Part shown: positions 58,156 through 64,000 of the stretch, one piece after another
Layout of the letters: every line of letters begins with the position of its first letter
Position numbering within the stretch: position 1 is the first letter of the stretch
Source of the DNA: Rebecca billardiae RCC1528
Taxonomy: Eukaryota > Protista > Haptophyta
NCBI GenBank assembly: GCA_965240325.2
Contig: OZ251238.1
Coordinates: 682,001 to 746,000 of the forward strand
Direction: 5' to 3'
Length of the DNA: 64,000 nt
The notes under the pieces: model-generated
What the model was told of the DNA's origin: nothing
The model's input: only the letters and a program-made list of their open reading frames with translations
Database searches by the model: none
Made by a program: the position numbers and the translations under genes

Positions 58156-60486
58156 TCACAGACGACTGCCATGTCCGCCGCCACCATGAGTACGGTGCTG
58201 TTGAGTTAAGCCGCCGCCGCTGTTGCTGCGGTAGTGATGACTGCTGCTGCTGCTGTGATGTGATGCTGCTCGTCGCCCAAACGCACGCGGGAGCTCGTCC
58301 TCGCTGCGCAGGTGCTGCGTGCCATTGTACCTTCCGTAGCACGTCATCCTCGTCTCACGCATGATGCCGTTTCTCTCGGAGGTCCACTGCTTGAGCCGCT
58401 GGATGCCCGTTGGCGCCAACCTGTCGATGCCAGGGAGCAGAGTGAAGAGCTTGCTCGCTGTCGGCATCGGGGAGCACAGGTTCATGTCCTGCCGCCCGTA
58501 GTTGGGGTACTGCGCACGCGCGCGCGCGCGCGCGACGACGCACAGCATTGCGCGGCGCGGTCATTCGTCGCCACCGTGCCGCGGCAAGCGGATCGGCGGC
58601 GGCGGCGGCGGCGCGCGCGTGCGCGCGCGCTGTCTCGAGGCGCTGGCGCGCGTGCACGCGCGCGTGCGCGCACGTAGTAGACAAAGTCTGTGCACATCTC
58701 CGACTTGGACTTGTAGCCGAAGAGGACGTCCTTCGCCTGCGCGTCTGGCACGCGGTACGTGCACTCGGTGACGAACGAGTCACCTCGCTCGACGGGGATG
58801 CCCGCGCCCACCGAGCGTGGTTCGGGCAGCCCCGATGCGCCGAAGTCGTAAAAGTCGAGCGCGTCCACGTGCTTGACGTGGCCCTGCTTGTCGTACTGCG
58901 TCGTCTGCATGTGCACGCCGTGGCTATGCATGTGCAGCATGCGGCCGAAGATGACCATCGGGTGGCCGCTCGAGGTGCATTTGGGCGGGCAGACAAAGGT
59001 GTACTTGTTCAGCCCCCCGCCGATCGGCCTGCCCGTCAGCGCGACCAGCGGGTCCCCGAGCTGGATCATGCCGACGTCGTGCTGCCGCAGCGTGTCCGCC
59101 ACGTACAGGTCGACGCCCGACGCGTCCGTCACCTCCTCGCCCTCGTCGATCTCGTAGTGGAGCTGGGCGGGATGGTCGGGGGCGTGTGGCGCAAGGGGCG
59201 GGCGTGGCGTGAGCACGCGCAGCACGCACGCTCCGGAGCAGCCTCGGCGTGCGTCACCCAGCCAAAGGAGGCGCGCGGCGCGCGCGAGAGGGAGGCGGCG
59301 CGCCCGTCAGGCGCCTCACCTCGAGCGTGAACGAGCGGTAGTGCTTCGGGCCCACGCGGATGCCGGCCTCGGGGGGCGTGACGAGGGGCGCGACACCCTG
59401 CGCCCAGAACCACAGGTCGTCGCCGTAGTGGTCGCTCACCAGCTTGATGCACGGCGCCGTCGAGCCCTTGAAGCCAAAGTGGTGGATCACACGAGTGTTC
59501 TCTGCGGGCTCGATGTGCGCATCGACAGCGACCACGTGCACCGACTCGCGCTGCAGCAGGTTGCGCACGGAGCGGGCGTCGATGCACACGTGGGTGTATT
59601 CGGCGACGCTGTCGCCCGCCATCTTGCGCACCTTCCGCGGTTTGCCCGTCAGCGTGACGACGCGCACGCTCGGGTCGGCCTTGAGCGAGGCGAGCGGGTC
59701 GTACACGCAGCGGCGCGCGTGGAAGCGCAGGGTTGTCACGATGAGGCCTCCGCCCACCGGCGGCGCGCGCGGCACGGCGGCAGCATGATGGCCTGGCGCG
59801 TGCGCGGCTGCTGCATCGTACGCGCCAACGCCAGCCATGAGCACCACCTTCGTCGCCAGCCATGGCGGAGCGCCGTCCAGCTCGAAGTCGCGGTCCTGCA
59901 TGCGGTCGGTTGAGCGCACCGCACGCCAGAAGCGCACGCGCGCGCGCACGCCGCCGTCCGGCTGGGGCGCGAGGCTGGCATCCTTGAGGTGCAAGTCCGA
60001 GTGCGAATCCACGATCAGCCTGGGCGTCTCGCGCGTGTGCATGTCGGACAGCTTGCCCTTCGACGACGCGTAGTACGCCACATCCGCGCCGAGCATCCGC
60101 CCGGCCTCTGACAGTCCGAACAGCACCCACCAACCCTGGCTGTGCACCGCCTTGGCGGTCGCCGCGTCGAAGCGGGCCACGAGCATGAGGCTGATCGTGC
60201 GGTTGCCGCATGCCGTACGCTCGGGGTTGACGCCCCTGTCTGCCATCCGCGAGCCGTGCTGCCCCGACGGCGGCAGCTTTGCGAGAGCGCGCGACTCTGC
60301 AGCAAAGTCGCACTTGTGCGCGGACTCAAACCCCCAGTGAAGCTCGACGCTCACGGGCGCATCCCGGCGGTAGATGGCGCTGCAGTCGTACGCAGAAACC
60401 TTCGATGGGCCCAACACGTCTGGCGACGTGTGCAGGCCGGCGAGCACCAGGGGAACCAGCGCCACGAGGGCGCCCAGCGTCGCCAT
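58156..60486 (-). CDS. DOMON-domain copper type II ascorbate-dependent monooxygenase (DBH/MOXD1-like; introns 59163-59319, 58510-58673)
   Basis: Signal peptide; DOMON-like GWWVLFGLSEAGRMLGAD; copper ligands VIHHF, LE/LHYE, HMHSHG, EMC..F.YY/YP. Confidence 0.85.
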
Positions 60487-60781
60487 CTGCGAAGCCTCCT
60501 TTTTGTGAGCAGCCCATGCACCTCGCGCCGCCGCGCGGGGGCGCCGCGGGAGCGCTTTTTGCATGCATGCGGCCATCACCCGAATCTCTCTGATGCTTGA
60601 AGATCCAAGATCTAGCGGTTCCTGAGAGCTTGGATGATCATGAGCGACGGACGGATTTAGATTGCGGAATAATTGGCCGCACCGGCGGCAGGCCGGCCAA
60701 AAGCAAAGAAATGATGGGTGATCCGATGATCTGGGCGCGCGGCCACGGCATCGTCATTGTCAGCGGCGGCGGCACGCTTCG

Positions 60782-62034
60782 ATGGCGATCGCCATGCGGA
60801 TCGAGGGCTCCACAACCATCGTCTGCATTGTGGCGCTTCTCGTGGTCGGGCCCACCGTAGCGTACGCGGCCACTCGCAAGCGTGCTCGCCAGGATGACGG
60901 CAAGTCAGTCCCGAGCTTCATGCGCGAGCCGACGGCGCGCCTGAGCCGCGTGTCCGCGCCCGCGTGCGACGACATTGGCTGGATGATGCGCGAGCTGGGG
61001 CCACCCGCCGGGAATGTCACGGTGCGGGCGCACGCGCGGCGCGCCCACTTGCACGCGCGGCAGCCCTGTTCTCACGGCTCGACCTTGCGCCGCCGCACGC
61101 GCGCCCACCGTCTCCGCAGGGAGTGTACCTGCGCACGCTCAAGCTTGTGCAGAGCAACGTGCACTCCGCGGTGTTGACCTCGGACTACGTGTACGTGCTC
61201 GTGCCCGGGCTGCTGTCCTCGTACTCGCCCGGCTACTTCCGCCAGGCGCTCGAGCGCCTGCGCGACCTGGGCCTGGATGCGCGCTACCTCGGCGTGGACA
61301 GCTCGACCGATGCGACCAGCGAAGCAAACGCCGCGCGGCTGCGGCTGGCGTTCACGAACGTGCACCGCGGGTCGGGCGGGAAGAAGCTGGTCATCATCGC
61401 GCACTCGAAGGGCTGCTTAGACTCCAGCCTCGCTCTCACGCGATTCCCCGAGCTCGCCGGCATGGTGCACGCGGTCGTGGCACTGCAGGCGCCATACGGT
61501 GGCGCCGCCATCGCGGATGACATCGCTGTCGCAAACCCGGCGATGCGCGAGCTGCTTGAGCGCGCGCTCGCGGGCTTCGGGCTTGGCATCGCCTCGCTGC
61601 GCGACATGTCGTACGGCGTCCGCCGTGTACTCATCGGCACGCACGGCCACCTGTGCGCCCGCCATCCATCGCTGCGCGTGATCTCGCTCGCTTCGTGCGG
61701 CCCGCGCACGCTCGCCAGCCCACTCGCGCCGACGGCCGCCTACCTGCGGCAGGCCCACGACGCGGACAGCGATGGCCTCGTGTGCGTCGAGGATGCGCTC
61801 TTCCCGGGCTCGCTCGCGATCGTGCTGGACGACGACGCCGCGCTCGACTCGGACCACGGCACGCCGGTGCTCCCAGCGATGCCCGGCGCTCGGCTGCGTG
61901 GCGATGACATGGTGGAGGCGGCAGTCACCATCGCGCTCACGCCGGACTCGGAGCTCGAAGGGTCGATCCATCCCTGGGTCTGGGAGTCCGCGGCTGCGGC
62001 CGACCCGACGATCTCGGATGAAGGTGCTGCGTGA
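60782..62034 (+). CDS. Alpha/beta-hydrolase, lipase-like, with N-terminal anchor (intron 61022-61119)
   Basis: YVLVPGL, nucleophile elbow IAHSKG, QAPYGG, SDGLV, DHG. Confidence 0.85.
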
Positions 62035-62455
62035 GGCGGCGCGTGCTGCGCTCCGTATGTGCGCATCGCGTCGTCGTACGGTGCCAGACTCCCGTAGGCG
62101 GCGCGAACGACGGGCCCGCGCCGCGGACTGCGGACGAGGCCTGCCGGGCCCTGAATAAGCAGCCTTATAGAATATAGGATCCGACTGCTGATGTTGACCC
62201 AGCCAGTACTCAGTGATGACGATGAGTCTGTCGACGATATATCTTATTTAATATATATATATATATATAATTATATTCTGATGAGATCATCGTCGTCATC
62301 ATGCATCGATCAGATCGACGCGCGCAGCAGCCTCACGAGCAGCGTCGTGCTAAGCAGCCATAAGCCATACGATACAGCAGGCGTCAGCAGCCCGGCAGTC
62401 TCCACCGCCCGCCAACGTCTGAACGTGGACTCGCGCGCGGTTGGCTCGCGTCGGC

Positions 62456-64000
62456 TCAGTCGCACTTGATCGCGCGGTAGATGCGGCGCACGAATGCGAA
62501 CGCCGAGAAGAAGCCGATCATGCCGAGCATGGTGAACGCCGCGAACGACATCATCGCCATGTACCCGAAGAAGAAGGAGGTCTGCATGAAGCCAAACATG
62601 TTCGATCGCTCAAAGTAGTAGAAGATGGAGTAGGCGAACACAAAGAAGCCGGTCGAGCCTGCGTGCACGGCGCAGCGCCGCATGGCAGCGGGCGCGCGCG
62701 TGGTGAGCGCGGCGCCCTCGCAGCGCCCCCACCCCGCCCCGCCGCAGCGCGCGCGCGGCACGTGCTCGGGGCGGTGCGCGGCGCGCACCGCCCGAGAAGA
62801 AGGAGCGCCACCACCACCGGTGGTCCTCGATCGCCAGCTGGAAGTAGGTGAGCGCGATTGTGATGAACGAGGTCACGATGATCAGCATCGAGAAGGCGAT
62901 GAAGAGCACGCCGTACAGCGTGTACAGCTTGTGCCCCCACACGCTCGCAAAGATGTAGTGCAGCTCGATGTAGATGGCTGAGAAGGGCAGGAAGCCTGCA
63001 GCAGCCAGCCGACAACACGTGCGAGCGCGTGGCGCGCGGGCCACAGGGCGCGTGGGCACCCGCGCCGCGCGCCGCGCGCGCACTGACCGGTCTCCGCGCG
63101 CGCGTGCGCGCGCGGTGTGTGTGCACGCGCGCGCGCGCGCCCACCTGCCATGAAGACCTGGCACGCGGACTGGCGGTACCACGGGATCGGCGGGATCTCG
63201 CGCGGGATCTTGCTCGTGCGGCACGGCGGCTCAAACGCGTTTCGCTGCGCCCAGCTGCGGCCGGCAAGCCCGCCGAGCACGGCGAGAGGGAGCGACACGA
63301 GTGCCCAGAGCAGGATGACGATGACGATCGTGCCGAACGGCAGCGCCGCCGTCGAGTCGTACGCGATGGCCACGGTGTTGAGGAAGCAGAACGTGCAGAA
63401 GAACGGCACGGGGAACAGGCACGCCGCGAGCACCAGATTCCACGCCCACCGCCCGCCTGCGCCCGCGCCCGAGAAATTGCTGTACGCGGCCGCGGAGACG
63501 AAGCCGGCGATGCCCGCCGTCGTGGCGTACAGCACCACCGCCGCCGAGTAGATCGCGCCGCGGTTGCCCGGGTAGAACGTGTTCATCAGCGCGAGGATGA
63601 GCAGGCAGAAGACGAGCGCCAGCAGCTGCCCGCCCGTCCCGAGCAGCGCGCACAGCAGCGAGCCCTGCGGCGGCACCCGGAACACGTCTCCGTGCACCAG
63701 CTTCCAGCCTGCGAAGGCGGCGGGCGGCGTGGCGGGCGGCGTGGCGGGCGCGGGCGGCGCCGCTCGGCACCGCGCGGCCCGCCGTGCGCGCGCCGCGCGC
63801 GCGCCGCCGGTGCGCGGGCGTCGGCGCAGCACCGCGTGTGCGTGCGCACGCGCACCTGTCTCGTCCTCGTCGTCCTCCTCCTCGTCTGCGCGTGTGTACC
63901 GTGTGAAGTCGTTCTTGAGGACTCGCATGAGGATGATCGCGAGGAAGCCGGTGAGCAGGAGCACGAGCACGAACGAGTTGATGATCGAGAGCCAGTGGAT
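62456..64000 (-). CDS. Transmembrane 9 superfamily (EMP70/TM9SF) protein, 3' part (introns 63709-63855, 62996-63144, 62659-62788)
   Basis: [55 protein letters not shown]-terminal IKCD. Confidence 0.95.

Overview
A very GC- and CpG-rich eukaryotic genomic window. The short GT-AG introns with (GC)n-rich ends and a signal+transit-peptide plastid protein suggest a complex-plastid alga, possibly a haptophyte (inference). About 18 host genes can be supported: partial MsrB-like, ALMT/FUSC-like, AP2 transcription factor, LrgB/PLGG1-like, bacterial-type acetolactate synthase-like ThDP enzyme, SAM methyltransferase, CAP/Srv2, UBE2Q-like, Nup54, a Cys-rich unknown, MTFP1-like, F-box, PPP4R4-like, COQ2, a giant Pro-rich/RCC1 membrane protein, DOMON copper monooxygenase, a lipase-like hydrolase and partial TM9SF. 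Three accessory zones interrupt them: about 7.3-11.3 kb, 15.1-29.9 kb and 54.4-57.8 kb. Highlights: (1) an intronless gene with 19 near-identical 38-aa EsV-1-7-type Cys/His repeats whose variation is concentrated at a few positions, followed by a candidate NLS and an acidic tail, i.e. a TALE-like layout; (2) two ~3.4-kb elements sharing GGCTC-terminated inverted repeats, each with a perfect 4-bp target duplication, but with unrelated interiors; (3) a 2.1-kb element without TIR, TSD or poly(A), present twice at near 100% identity, one copy nested in (2); (4) a CpG-depleted island. All family assignments come from motif recognition by eye; no searches were run.
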